NCBI GenBank assembly: GCA_965221775.1
Contig: CBDCSU010000006.1
Location: 864,001-928,000 of the forward strand
Reading direction: 5' to 3'
Origin: Candidatus Latescibacterota bacterium
Lineage (GTDB): Bacteria > Latescibacterota > UBA2968 > UBA8231
DNA: 64,000 nucleotides
Shown one piece after another: positions 46,080 through 56,451 of the stretch. The notes below the pieces were generated by a model that ran no database searches, had not been told where the DNA came from, and worked only from the letters and a program-made list of their open reading frames with translations. Numbering within the stretch: the first letter of the stretch is position 1; each line of letters starts with the position of its first letter. The translations under genes were made by a program, and so were the position numbers.

Positions 46080-46163
46080 CGACAGGCGGGCAGCCAGGCG
46101 TGCGAGGACGTTCGCCCTTGCACACGCGGTGTGTATCGCGTAATTATGCGAGTGATCCATGCG

Positions 46164-46532
46164 ATGGCCACTGCTCACATACGTCCCGTGAAGCGACTGA
46201 ATTTCACTCTCGACGAGGATACCGTGCGGCTTCTCGGAGATCTCGCTCAGCGACTCTTCGAGGGCAACAAGTCGCTGACCATTCGGACGGCGCTGCAGAG
46301 CCTCGCTTCCCATGCCGGACATGACGGTTGGGTGATCAACGGATACGCGCCGACGGAGTTGTTGAAGCCCGCCTGCTGTCACACCTGCGGTGAGGCCTAC
46401 CCGAAGGGGGAGATCCTGTTCCGCCCCGTCTTCGAGCGTGGAGCGAGCCCCGCCGCCTTGCCTCGACTGCCCAGAGAGACCTGGCTGGATTGCGGCGACT
46501 GTGCTTCGCGAACGACCGATGTCGTCGATTGA
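46164..46532 (+). CDS. Ribbon-helix-helix protein with C-terminal Cys4 metal-binding domain (putative regulator)
   Basis: [15 protein letters not shown]...[10 protein letters not shown], then CCHTC...CGDC. Confidence 0.65.
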   Translation: MATAHIRPVKRLNFTLDEDTVRLLGDLAQRLFEGNKSLTIRTALQSLASHAGHDGWVINGYAPTELLKPACCHTCGEAYPKGEILFRPVFERGASPAALPRLPRETWLDCGDCASRTTDVVD

Positions 46533-46567
46533 TCGAGCAGGAGAGACCGGGCAAGGAGCGCATATAG

Positions 46568-46990
46568 ATGCCAGAATCGAAGTCGCCAGCCCTGCGGCTC
46601 ACAGCCGACGTTGTGGGTACCGTCGGTTCGTCGCTGTGTGCCTTGCACTGTGCCATCCTGCCACTGAGCCTCATCCTGGGCACCACGCTGCCTCTCACGC
46701 TGATGGGAGAAGAGATCTTCCACCTCGGCCTGCTGGGCCTGGTTCTCCCGGCCGGGGTCGTGGCCTTCGGCCTCGGTTGTCGTGAGCACCGGGACGCCTG
46801 GGTGCTGGCTCTCGGTGTCATGGGCATGCTCGGGATCCTGCTGGCCGCCACGGTGCTGCATGATGTCGTTGGCGAGTCCGGTGAGCGCGCAGCGACGCTC
46901 GTCGCGGCCGTCGTCCTGATCTCCGCTCACATCCGCAACTTCCGCCTGTGCCGCGCGAGCCGATGCGACTGCGGCCCTCCCGAAGGATGA
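46568..46990 (+). CDS. MerC-domain membrane protein
   Basis: [23 protein letters not shown]. Confidence 0.85.
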   Translation: MPESKSPALRLTADVVGTVGSSLCALHCAILPLSLILGTTLPLTLMGEEIFHLGLLGLVLPAGVVAFGLGCREHRDAWVLALGVMGMLGILLAATVLHDVVGESGERAATLVAAVVLISAHIRNFRLCRASRCDCGPPEG

Positions 46991-47634
46991 GCCGTATGGG
47001 TCGTAGACCGCTGTCGATCGTTGCCTCTCTGTGGGTGCTGACCTGTGCGGCGGCAGCCCAGCAGTCGGCGCACGTGCACGGGACCGCAGCCATCAATCTG
47101 GCCATCGAAGGCGAGGAGCTGGAGATCGAGTTCGTGTCACCGGCCGGCAATATCGTCGGCTTTGAACACGAGGCGGTCACACCCGGCGAGCGTCAGGCGA
47201 TCCGGGATGCGATCGAGCAACTCAAGGAGGGCCACGCGCTGTTCGATCTTCCGCACGCGGCCAGCTGCAGCCTGCATGTCGCCGATGTGAAGCACGGGCA
47301 CCAGGAAGAAGAGGACCCCACGGACGGTCATGGGCACGGTGCCGAGGGCGATGACCACGACGAGCACGAGCACGCCGAAGCCGAGCGCGAAGATGGCCAC
47401 GACGAGCACGGCCACGACGAGCACGGACACACGGAAGAGAAGGCGGACAGCACGCACTCCGAGTTCCATGCACACTATCACTACGAGTGCGATGGATCGC
47501 CCATCACGGAGATCGGGGTCCGTCTCTTCGAGCACTGGCCACGCATCGAGGAGATTCGCGTCCAGGCCCTGACCCCGACCGGCCAGTTCGGGGCCGTTAC
47601 CAAGGCGAAGGACCCGGTGATCAGGTTGAAGTAG
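46987..47634 (+). CDS. zrgA: ZrgA/DUF2796 zinc-uptake periplasmic protein
   Basis: AHVHG, SPAGNIVGFEH, a His-rich loop, HSEFHAHYHYEC. Confidence 0.85.
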   Translation: MSRMGRRPLSIVASLWVLTCAAAAQQSAHVHGTAAINLAIEGEELEIEFVSPAGNIVGFEHEAVTPGERQAIRDAIEQLKEGHALFDLPHAASCSLHVADVKHGHQEEEDPTDGHGHGAEGDDHDEHEHAEAEREDGHDEHGHDEHGHTEEKADSTHSEFHAHYHYECDGSPITEIGVRLFEHWPRIEEIRVQALTPTGQFGAVTKAKDPVIRLK

Positions 47635-47655
47635 CCACGGGAGCCGACGCCCGGC

Positions 47656-48357
47656 ATGAACGAAGACCTCATCGAAATCGAGGACCTGGGCTTTGGGTGG
47701 CCCGGCGCACCGCCTCTGCTCCGTTGCGACCGGTTCCTCCTGCGACGCGGCGAACACCTTTTCATCCGCGGCCCCTCGGGCAGCGGCAAGTCGACGCTGC
47801 TGAACCTTCTGGCCGGAGTACTGACGCCGGACTCGGGGCGCCTGTCGCTGATGGGGCAGGATACGGGCTCCCTGGCCGCGGCCTCTCGCGACCGACTTCG
47901 CGCCGACCACATCGGGTTCATCTTTCAGCAGTTCAACCTGGTGCCCTACCTCGACCTGGCCGAGAACGTCGTCCTGCCCTGCCACTTCTCCCGCCGCCGG
48001 TCCGCGCGGGCGGCGGAGACGCACGGCGGCGTGACCGCGGCCGCACGGTCCCTGCTGCAACGCCTGTTCGTCGAGGAGGAACTGGACCCGACGGCACCGG
48101 TATCCAGGCTCTCCGTCGGTCAGCAGCAGCGCGTGGCCGTGGCGCGGGCCCTGATGGGCGATCCCGAAATCGTGATCGCCGACGAACCGACCTCGGCCCT
48201 CGACTTCGAAGCGCGAACACGCTTCATCGAGTTGCTCTTCGAACGGGCCCAGGCGTCGCGGGCGACCCTGGTCTTCGTCAGTCACGATCCGACGCTCGCC
48301 GGCGGCTTCGACCGCACGGCCCACATCGATGACTTCCGGGCGGAGCCTCACTCGTGA
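47656..48357 (+). CDS. ABC ATP-binding protein (ZrgB-like)
   Basis: GPSGSGKST and LSVGQQQRVA. Confidence 0.9.
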   Translation: MNEDLIEIEDLGFGWPGAPPLLRCDRFLLRRGEHLFIRGPSGSGKSTLLNLLAGVLTPDSGRLSLMGQDTGSLAAASRDRLRADHIGFIFQQFNLVPYLDLAENVVLPCHFSRRRSARAAETHGGVTAAARSLLQRLFVEEELDPTAPVSRLSVGQQQRVAVARALMGDPEIVIADEPTSALDFEARTRFIELLFERAQASRATLVFVSHDPTLAGGFDRTAHIDDFRAEPHS

Positions 48358-49595
48358 AGGTGCTGCACCTGGCCTGGAAGAGTCTGCGCAACCGAAGCGG
48401 CACCGCGTCGCTGACCGTCCTGACGATCGCGGTCAGTGTGGCGCTCCTCCTCGGCGTCGAGAAGGTCCGGTCGCACGCGCGCGAGAGCTTCGCCAACACC
48501 GTCTCCGGAACCGACCTGATCGTCGGCGCGCGCAGCGGTTCGGTGCAGCTGCTGCTGTATTCGGTCTTTCGCATCGGCAACGCCACGAGCAATATTGCCT
48601 GGTCCAGCTATTCGGACATCTCGACATGGTCGGGCGTCCGCTGGGCCATCCCGATCTCCCTGGGCGACTCGCACCGCGGTTACCGCGTCATGGGCACGTC
48701 GGCCGACTACTTCGAGCACTTCCGCTACGCCGACAAGCGTCATCTCCGCTTTGCGCAGGGCCGGCCTTTCGCCGAGACCCTCGACGCCGTCCTCGGCGCC
48801 GAAGTGGCGCGCAAGCTGGGATACCGGATGGGTGATGCGCTGGTCGTTACCCACGGCCTCGGAACGGATGGCTTCGGCGACCACGACAACCACCCCTTCA
48901 AGGTCACCGGCATCCTGGCGCAGACCGGCACGCCCGTCGATCGCACCGTTCACGTCAGCCTCGCGGGGATCGAGGCGATGCACATCAACTGGAACCGTGT
49001 CGAGACCGATCTCCGGCGCGCCCGGGGCCAGGACCTGACCCCGCGCCAGATCACCGCCTTCCTCCTCGGCCTCGACAACCGACTCGCCGCCTTCAGGCTG
49101 CAGCGCGACATCAATCAGTATGGCGCCGAACCGTTGCTCGCCATCTTTCCGGGCGTGGCGCTGCAGGAGCTGTGGGACTTGATGCGCGTTGGCGAACAGG
49201 CCCTGCGGGTTGTCTCGATCCTCGTGGCAGCCGCGGCGCTGGCGGGTCTGCTGTCGGTCTCCCTGGCGGGGCTCAACGAACGCCGGCGTGAAATGGCCGT
49301 GCTGCGCTCGGTCGGTGCCGGCTGTCGCCACGTCGTGGGATTGCTGATCGCGGAGTCAGCGCTGTTGACGCTGCTCGGTATCGCCATGGGAGTGACGATG
49401 CAGGGCATGACGCTGGGGGCCCTGCAGCCCTGGATCGTCGAGCGCTTCGGCCTGTTCCTGCCCATCGGCCTGCCAGGCGCCGGGGAGTGGCGCCTGCTCG
49501 GTGGCCTGATGGCGGCGGGCCTGCTCGTTGGCCTGGTGCCGGCCTGGCGGTGCTACCGCAACTCGCTTGCCGACGGCCTGGCGACTCGTCTGTGA
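48354..49595 (+). CDS. ABC permease (ZrgC-like, MacB/FtsX family)
   Basis: DLIVGARSGSVQLLLYSVF and PISLGDSH. Confidence 0.88.
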   Translation: MKVLHLAWKSLRNRSGTASLTVLTIAVSVALLLGVEKVRSHARESFANTVSGTDLIVGARSGSVQLLLYSVFRIGNATSNIAWSSYSDISTWSGVRWAIPISLGDSHRGYRVMGTSADYFEHFRYADKRHLRFAQGRPFAETLDAVLGAEVARKLGYRMGDALVVTHGLGTDGFGDHDNHPFKVTGILAQTGTPVDRTVHVSLAGIEAMHINWNRVETDLRRARGQDLTPRQITAFLLGLDNRLAAFRLQRDINQYGAEPLLAIFPGVALQELWDLMRVGEQALRVVSILVAAAALAGLLSVSLAGLNERRREMAVLRSVGAGCRHVVGLLIAESALLTLLGIAMGVTMQGMTLGALQPWIVERFGLFLPIGLPGAGEWRLLGGLMAAGLLVGLVPAWRCYRNSLADGLATRL

Positions 49596-49638
49596 GCGCA
49601 TCTTGAGAGACTCTCGTCCGTCGCCGATCCGGGGAGCC

Positions 49639-50202
49639 ATGTCCATGTTTCGCCAACCCTTGCTCATTCTGCTGCTCGTCACCAGCGCCGCCGCCTCGGA
49701 CTCACCGCGCGAGATCCTGTGGGACCAGCTCGTTCCCGAAGGCTGGAATCCCTACGCCCTGTTCGACGAACTCAGCGTTGAGGAGATCGACGCCCTCAGC
49801 GACGAGGAGTATTTCGCGTTGCAGGAGAAGGCCCAGGAGATGCTCGACAAAGCGCCGCTGGTGGAGGAGCTCGATGGCGAAACGGTGAAGATCCCGGGCT
49901 TCGTGCTGCCGCTGGAGTACGACGGCACCCGGATCCGCGAATTCCTGCTGATGCCCTATCTCGGCGCCTGTCTCCACACCCCGCCGCCGCCGGCCAACCA
50001 GGTCATCCGCGGCAGCCTCGCGCAACCCCATGACCTGCAGGAGATGTGGCACCCGGTCTGGATCCTCGGCCGCCTGAAGACCGGCCACGCCACGAACAAG
50101 CTCGACGAGGAGGGTTATGACTCCCTCTCCAACGTGAGTTCGGGCTACTCCATGGACGTCGAGTCGATCGAGCCCTATACCCAGAGAGACCCGAATGGCT
50201 GA
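49639..50202 (+). CDS. DUF3299 protein (ZrgD-like)
   Basis: EFLLMPYLGACLHTPPPPANQ. Confidence 0.88.
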   Translation: MSMFRQPLLILLLVTSAAASDSPREILWDQLVPEGWNPYALFDELSVEEIDALSDEEYFALQEKAQEMLDKAPLVEELDGETVKIPGFVLPLEYDGTRIREFLLMPYLGACLHTPPPPANQVIRGSLAQPHDLQEMWHPVWILGRLKTGHATNKLDEEGYDSLSNVSSGYSMDVESIEPYTQRDPNG

Positions 50203-51271
50203 ACTCCAGGACGGGAAGGAACCGATTCCAGTGACGATTGTCAGCGGCTTCCTGGGCGCCGGCAAGACCTCTCTGCTCAACTACATTCTCAGCGCCAACC
50301 ACGGACTGCGCGTGGCGGTGTTGGTCAACGACTTTGGAGAGATCAACATCGACGCCGAGTTGGTATCCGGGGTCTCCGGGGAGTCCACCGTCAACCTCTC
50401 CAACGGGTGTATCTGCTGCTCGATTCGCAGTGACCTGCTTGAAGCAACGGTTCAACTGGTACAAGGCCCGAACCCGCCGGAGTATATCGTCGTTGAAACG
50501 AGCGGCGTATCCGACCCCGTGGCGGTCTCATTGACCTTCATGGCCGCCGAGTTGCGGTGGCGGACACGGGTGGACAGTATCCTCACCGTGGTTGATGCGG
50601 AGCAGATCGATCAGGTGGACGGAAAGAACCGCGAGCTCGCGTTGGACCAGATCGCCATGGCAGACATGGTGGTGCTGAACAAGGTTGACCTGGTCAATGA
50701 CGAGAGACGGGAGGAACTGGCAGGCTTTGTGAGAGACCTCGTTCCGAGGGCGCGTATTCTCGAAACCACATTCGGGAAGGTTCCCCCCGATCTGGTGTGC
50801 GGTGTCGGGACCTACGACCTCCAACGCTTTGCGGGGAAGACGGGTCTGGATGTTCACATCCATGCCCACGGAGAGGCGCCGCATGAACACGAACACCACA
50901 CCGACCATACGCTTGTCTTCAACACGTGGTGTTATGCGACTGACCAGGCGCTGTCACGTCGGGCCGTGCTTGATGCGATGAAGACCCTGCCTGCGACCAT
51001 CTACCGCGCCAAGGGGTTTCTCTACCTCCACGATGCTCCCGGTCGAAAGGGAATCGTGCACGTTGTCGGCAAACGCGCGCGTCTGATCACGGGTGAGCCG
51101 TGGGGCGGCGAGAAACCGGGGACCCAACTGGTCTTCATCGGTGAGGAAGGTGGGATCGACGAAGGCGAACTGCAGTCGCGCCTTGATGCGTGCCAGACGC
51201 AAGAGGATGCTCACGAGGATACCACTCTTGATGCCACTATTGACCTGCTTCGGCAGCTTGCAGTGAAGTAG
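50195..51271 (+). CDS. CobW/COG0523 metallochaperone GTPase
   Basis: GFLGAGKT, NGCICC, ETSG, NKVD and a His-rich linker. Confidence 0.93.
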   Translation: MAELQDGKEPIPVTIVSGFLGAGKTSLLNYILSANHGLRVAVLVNDFGEINIDAELVSGVSGESTVNLSNGCICCSIRSDLLEATVQLVQGPNPPEYIVVETSGVSDPVAVSLTFMAAELRWRTRVDSILTVVDAEQIDQVDGKNRELALDQIAMADMVVLNKVDLVNDERREELAGFVRDLVPRARILETTFGKVPPDLVCGVGTYDLQRFAGKTGLDVHIHAHGEAPHEHEHHTDHTLVFNTWCYATDQALSRRAVLDAMKTLPATIYRAKGFLYLHDAPGRKGIVHVVGKRARLITGEPWGGEKPGTQLVFIGEEGGIDEGELQSRLDACQTQEDAHEDTTLDATIDLLRQLAVK

Positions 51272-53042
51272 GGCTTTTCTCTGTCGCCAGCACCACGTAC
51301 GCCCCCGCCTCCAGCCCACCCAGCTCCGCCACCGCCCCGTCGGGCCAGCGCACCGTCACCGCCTCGGCCGCCGCCGCCGCCCCCAGCCCGAAGGTCAGCT
51401 CCCGGGCGCTCTGGCTCAGGTAGGAGGACCCGGTGCGCAACCGCAGCGACTGGGTCCGCCCGCCGGCGCGCACCGTCACCACCGCCCCCAGGGGGTCGGT
51501 CCCCTCCTCCCCCCGCAGGCGCAGGACCAGCGCCTTGCCGCCCTCCAGGTCGTTGCACAGCAGCCGCGGGGCGCCGCCGTTGGTGGTGATCAGCACGTCC
51601 AGGTCGCCGTCGCTCTCCACGTCGCCCACGGCCAGGCCGCGGCCCACGAGGGGCTCGGCCAGCGCCGGCCCGGCTCTTGCGCTCGCGTCGAGCAGCCTCC
51701 CCCGGCCGTCGTTCCAGAACAGCTGCGGCGGCTGGGCGTAGGCGATCTCGCGCTGCACGGCGTTGATCTCGGGCTCGATGTGGCCGTTGGCCAGGATCAG
51801 GTCCTGGCGGCCGTCCAGGTCGTAGTCGAAGAACCGCAGGCCGAAGGTCAGGGTCGGCAGGGTCGGCTGCACGAGGCGGCTCTTGCCGGCCCCGTCGAGG
51901 AAGACGGTGCCCCCCGCCGCCGTCTGCCGGTAGAGGGAGACGGCCTCGCGGCTGAAGTTGCCGATGCCGATGGCCAGCACGCCGTCGCCGGACAGGTCGG
52001 CCACGTCCACGCCCATGCCGGCCCGGGCCCGGCCCGACTCGTCGTAGCCGATGCCCGCCGCCGTGCCCACCTCCTCGAAGCGGCCGCCGCCGAGGTTGCG
52101 CAGCAGGAAGTTGGGCTGCGTGTCGTTGGTGATCACCAGGTCGACGCGGCCGTCGGCGTCGAAGTCGTCCGCCGCCACCCCCATCGACTTGGCGTGGGGC
52201 AACAGCAGCCCGGCCTCGGCGGTGATGTCCGAGAAGGCGCCGTCGCCGCGGTTGCGGTAGAGGCGCGGCGTCGAGCCGGTGTACTGCTGGGGTGTGGCGT
52301 ACGACTTGCTCTTGCCGTCGAAGCTGGCGTAGAGGTCGTTCTCGGGCGACCAGTGCACGTAGTTGGTCACCAGCAGGTCGGGCCGCCCGTCGCCGTCGAC
52401 GTCGGCCCAGGCGGCCCCCGTGGACCACTCCGGGTGCCGGCGGCCTTCCCCGTCGGTCCAGGTCTCGCCCGCCACCCCGGCCCGCGCCGCCGCGTCGGTG
52501 AACTCCAGGGGCCGGTCCTGGCGCAGCAGCAGGTTGTCGCCCAGGGTCGTCAGGTAGAGGTCGGCGTCGCCGTCGGCGTCGTAGTCGGCGGCGGTCACCC
52601 CCATGCCGTAGACGCTCACATCGACGCCGGAGCCGGCGGTGACGTCGGTGAAGGAGCCGGTCCCGTCGTTGGCGAAGAGGGCCGAGGTGGGCGCCGGGCC
52701 CTGCCCCTCGTGGCCGGGCCACCAGGCGCCGTTGACCAGCAGGGCGTCGTCGTCGCCGTCGCCGTCGAGGTCGTGGAGGGCGCAGCCGGAGCCCATCGTC
52801 TCGGGCATCCACTTGTCGCCGAAGGCGCCGGTCTCGTGGCGGAAGGCCAGGCCCGAGGCCGCCGCGGTCTCGGTGAAGGTCACCGCCGGCGGCGACGGCG
52901 CGTCCTCGGCGCGGGCGTAGTCGGGTGTGGGGCGCGAGTACGCCGGCGGCTCCGGGGCGACCTCCGGGGCCTCCTCGGCGCACGCGGCCAGCAGCAGGGC
53001 CGCGGCCGTGGCCAGGCGCCGCGGGCGGAGACGCCCGGCCAT
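51237..53042 (-). CDS. CRTAC1-family FG-GAP repeat lipoprotein with ASPIC/UnbV domain
   Basis: LAAC lipobox, repeated DxDGDGxxD, and SSYLSQS..LTFGLG. Confidence 0.88.
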   Translation of the reverse strand: MAGRLRPRRLATAAALLLAACAEEAPEVAPEPPAYSRPTPDYARAEDAPSPPAVTFTETAAASGLAFRHETGAFGDKWMPETMGSGCALHDLDGDGDDDALLVNGAWWPGHEGQGPAPTSALFANDGTGSFTDVTAGSGVDVSVYGMGVTAADYDADGDADLYLTTLGDNLLLRQDRPLEFTDAAARAGVAGETWTDGEGRRHPEWSTGAAWADVDGDGRPDLLVTNYVHWSPENDLYASFDGKSKSYATPQQYTGSTPRLYRNRGDGAFSDITAEAGLLLPHAKSMGVAADDFDADGRVDLVITNDTQPNFLLRNLGGGRFEEVGTAAGIGYDESGRARAGMGVDVADLSGDGVLAIGIGNFSREAVSLYRQTAAGGTVFLDGAGKSRLVQPTLPTLTFGLRFFDYDLDGRQDLILANGHIEPEINAVQREIAYAQPPQLFWNDGRGRLLDASARAGPALAEPLVGRGLAVGDVESDGDLDVLITTNGGAPRLLCNDLEGGKALVLRLRGEEGTDPLGAVVTVRAGGRTQSLRLRTGSSYLSQSARELTFGLGAAAAAEAVTVRWPDGAVAELGGLEAGAYVVLATEKSPTSLQAAEAGQ

Positions 53043-55978
53043 CAGGTGCGGCCCCCGTCGCCGGCCTCCGGGGGCGCCAGCTCGTGCAGGTGGATCGGCT
53101 GGGCCTCGAGGTTGTCGTGGGGGTGGTTCAGGCGGTACTCGCGGGTCACGGCCTGGGCCGACTCGTCGATCTGGTAGTACTCGTAGGCCTGCTCGGCGGC
53201 CTCGGCTTCCGCCTGCCGCCCCAGGCTGCGCAGGCAGAGCATGCGGTGGTAGTGGGCGCCGCGGTCCTCGGGGTCGATCCGCAGGACCCGGTCCAGCGCC
53301 TCCAGGGCCTGCTCGAAGCGGCCGTCGAGGTAGAGGACGCGGCCGAGGTTGCGCCACGCCGCGCGGTCGTCGGGGAAGCTCTCCAGGACGTGGCGGTAGG
53401 CCAGCTCGGCGTCGGCGTAGCGGCCGCTCTTCTGGTGGGCCACGCCCCACACCCAGGCGCTCTGGGCGTCGGCCGGGGCCAGCTCCTCGCAGCGCTGCAG
53501 CAGCTCGTAGGCGCGGTCGAGGTCGCCGTCGGCCAGGGCCGCCCGCGCCATGTTGCGGGGCCCGTCGATGCGCTCCGGGTGCAGCCGCGCCAGCTCGGCG
53601 AAAGCGGCGGTGGCGCCGCGCGTGTCCCCCTGCAGCAGCAGGCCGATGCCATAGTCGTTGAGCCGCTGCCAGGCGTCGGGCCCGGGATCCGCCCCTTTCG
53701 CCGGATCCCCGCCCTCGAGGGGCAGGGTGAGGGTGTGGGAGGCGATCTCGGTCACCGGCAGGTCGGGCACCTCGTCGAAGGGCCGGAAGCCCTCCCGGTT
53801 GGCGTGGAAGGCGAACTCGGTGTAGGCGCGGTCGAACTTGCGCCACAGCAGGCGCGCCGAGACCGTCAGCGATCCGCCGGCGTAGTCGGCGGGCACGGTG
53901 AAGGCGTAGTGGGCCACGTCCGCGGCCCCCGGGCCGATGGTGCGCACGTAGACCGGCGCGTGGATGTCCTGGGCGTTGCGGCGGTGGATGGCCTGCCCCT
54001 CGGCGTCGACGAGCAGGGCCTTGTAGAAGTGGGCCGCCGGGTCGACGTGGCCGTCGCCGCCGACGGAGCCGCTGCGCGCCAGCACCCGCCCCTCGGCGTC
54101 GGAGACCGTGATCTCCAGCCAGCCCTCGTTGGAGTCGTTGGTGCCGCCGGGGAAGGTGTGGCCCACGCCGAGGTTGCGCACCGCCACGTCGAACTCGAGG
54201 CGCTCGCCGGGCCGCACCGGCGGCGGCGCCAGGGCCGGTTGGTAGTGGAGGCCGCCCCCGGGCCGGCGCAGGGCGGCGATGTCGACGCGCAGCTTGGCGT
54301 CGCGCAGGAAGGCCTCGATGCGCTCGATCGTCTCGCGGTCGCCGCGCAGGAAAGGCAGGGCCGTGTTCACCGCCAGGAAGCGGTGCGAGCGCACGTACCC
54401 GTCCCTGGCGGAGACATCTCCCTCGACGGCCTCCTCCAGGGGCATGTGGCAGTCTTGGCAGACACGCCGGTGCCCGGGCAGGTAGAAGGTGCGCGAGGCG
54501 TTGAGGGCGACGCCGCTGTCGTGCCAGCTGTCGTACTCGTTCTGGCCGCGCAGCCAGCGGTAGCCGTTGAGGCGGGTGTCGAGGCTGACCTTGTGGCAGG
54601 TGGCGCAGTACTCGGAGGTCTGGAAGAAGGGCTTGAGCATCTGCCGCTTGTGCACCGCCGGCCGCGCCTTGAGGGCGGTGTCGTGGAGCAGCCGCAGGAT
54701 GCCGTGCTCGGTGTCGGCGAACAGGTAGGGGTCCTCCTGGTGGTCGGCGATGTTGTAGTTGCCGTTGCCGGTGACGCCGTGGATGTGGTCGATGGCGTGG
54801 CAGGCCAGGCAGGTCAGGCCCGCCTGGGCCTGGGGCGTACGCCGGTCGATCTCGTCCGTCATCTGGCCGGCCAGCATCAGCGCCGGGTCGTGGCACCCGG
54901 AGCACCACTTCGACTTCACCAGCGCCTGGCGCCCCTCCAGGTCCTCGCCCCCCCGCTCCGGGTCGAGCCGCGAGAAGTGGTCGATGTGGGCCTCCACCTC
55001 GGGGTTGAGGGAGGTGGAGCGCTCGCGCATGTCGTTGATCGTCGCCTCGTAGAAGGGGTTGTTGAAGGAAGCGAAGCGGTGGGCCGAGGTCGCCCACTGG
55101 GCGACCACCGCGGCGTGGCAGCGCTGGCAGTCGAAGGCCCCCAGCTGATCGCTGACGACGAAGCCCTGCTGCTCGATCTCGCGGTCGAGGAACTCCTGCG
55201 CCGGCAGGCCGCCGCGGGTGATGATCCGCGACGGCAGGTAGGAGCCCGTGGTCGTCGTCGTGGCGGCGGGGAAGAAGGGGCTCTCGATGGGGACGAAGTT
55301 GGCCGGCACGAACTCCGTGGGGCCGCCGCCGGTCTGACGCTCCCGCGAGCCGGGCCCGGTGTGGGTGCCGTTGGCGAAGGCCTCCCGGGCCGTCTCGGTG
55401 TAGGCCTCGCGGTCGTAGGTGAGTCCGTGGACGACGATGGCCAGACCCGCGAGGCCGGCCGTGGCCAGGGGCACGACGCGGTAGCTGCGGGGCGACGGCT
55501 TCCAGATCGAGATGCGCCGGTGGGCGAGGTAGAAGACGGGCAGGGCCGCCGCCGCGATCACGTGGCACCACCAGGCCCAGGCGTTGTCGCGGCTGTTGGC
55601 CTCGGTGAGGATGAAGAGGCCCGTCACCAGCAGCGTCACCCCCAGGGTCACGGAGGCCAGGCCGGTGTAGATCGCCCGGCGGCGGTGGCGGCGCCAGACC
55701 GTGGGCAGGTGCCACTCGACGAAGGCCAGGGCCAGGATCACCAGGATGATGCCGCCCACCGTGTGGGAGATCACCATGGACTGGTAGAACCGGGGCAGGG
55801 AGAGGTCGGTGACCGCGAAGTAGCCGATGCCGAGGGCGTCGGCGGCGCGGTTGGCCAGCAGGTAGAGGGTGTCGGCCAGCATCAGCACCCCGAGGCCGAC
55901 GACGAGCAGCAGCAGCCGCCGCTGCAGGGGGCCGAGGCGGGTGCGGCGCGGGGCGGGTGCGGAGGGCGAGTCGCTCAC
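53042..55978 (-). CDS. Membrane-anchored multiheme c-type cytochrome with C-terminal TPRs
   Basis: N-terminal TM helices, five CxxCH motifs (CQRCH, CSGCH, CLACH, CATCH, CQDCH), TPR tail. Confidence 0.85.
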   Translation of the reverse strand: MSDSPSAPAPRRTRLGPLQRRLLLLVVGLGVLMLADTLYLLANRAADALGIGYFAVTDLSLPRFYQSMVISHTVGGIILVILALAFVEWHLPTVWRRHRRRAIYTGLASVTLGVTLLVTGLFILTEANSRDNAWAWWCHVIAAAALPVFYLAHRRISIWKPSPRSYRVVPLATAGLAGLAIVVHGLTYDREAYTETAREAFANGTHTGPGSRERQTGGGPTEFVPANFVPIESPFFPAATTTTTGSYLPSRIITRGGLPAQEFLDREIEQQGFVVSDQLGAFDCQRCHAAVVAQWATSAHRFASFNNPFYEATINDMRERSTSLNPEVEAHIDHFSRLDPERGGEDLEGRQALVKSKWCSGCHDPALMLAGQMTDEIDRRTPQAQAGLTCLACHAIDHIHGVTGNGNYNIADHQEDPYLFADTEHGILRLLHDTALKARPAVHKRQMLKPFFQTSEYCATCHKVSLDTRLNGYRWLRGQNEYDSWHDSGVALNASRTFYLPGHRRVCQDCHMPLEEAVEGDVSARDGYVRSHRFLAVNTALPFLRGDRETIERIEAFLRDAKLRVDIAALRRPGGGLHYQPALAPPPVRPGERLEFDVAVRNLGVGHTFPGGTNDSNEGWLEITVSDAEGRVLARSGSVGGDGHVDPAAHFYKALLVDAEGQAIHRRNAQDIHAPVYVRTIGPGAADVAHYAFTVPADYAGGSLTVSARLLWRKFDRAYTEFAFHANREGFRPFDEVPDLPVTEIASHTLTLPLEGGDPAKGADPGPDAWQRLNDYGIGLLLQGDTRGATAAFAELARLHPERIDGPRNMARAALADGDLDRAYELLQRCEELAPADAQSAWVWGVAHQKSGRYADAELAYRHVLESFPDDRAAWRNLGRVLYLDGRFEQALEALDRVLRIDPEDRGAHYHRMLCLRSLGRQAEAEAAEQAYEYYQIDESAQAVTREYRLNHPHDNLEAQPIHLHELAPPEAGDGGRT

Positions 55979-56042
55979 GGGTCCGAGGGGTGCTGGGGGC
56001 GGGGGCGTCCGGTGCGGAGGAAGGCGCCCGGGAGTTTCGGCC

Positions 56043-56273
56043 TCATGGCGTGGAGAGGGGAACTTCGCGTTCCTCAAGCCTCCACGCGGCGTAGGCCAGG
56101 GACTGATCGATGTCCTCCCGCTCGAGATACGGGTATGCTCGGAGTATCTCCTCGGGTGAGCGGCCAGCCGCGAGCAGGCCGACCACAGTACCGACTGTCA
56201 CGCGCATACCTCGAAGACACGCCTTACCCCCCATGACGGCGGGATCGATGGTAATCCTGTCGAATGACCTCAT
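56043..56273 (-). CDS. DUF433 family (antitoxin-like) protein
   Basis: RITIDPAVMGGKACLRGMRVTV...YPYLEREDI. Confidence 0.9.
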   Translation of the reverse strand: MRSFDRITIDPAVMGGKACLRGMRVTVGTVVGLLAAGRSPEEILRAYPYLEREDIDQSLAYAAWRLEEREVPLSTP

Positions 56274-56451
56274 CGCTGTCTCCTCTCGTGTTCAGGCCCT
56301 CAAAGCTTGCAGCCCTTGATCTGCCGAGGCGAACGCGCGGAGGGCGGACGGGCGCGTGCGGTATGGAGGAAGGCTCCGGGGCGCTGAGGAAAATGAAAAT
56401 AAGGGACGCGACCCCGCACCGCCCGGTGGTCCGGCCGGTCCGACGGGGGTG

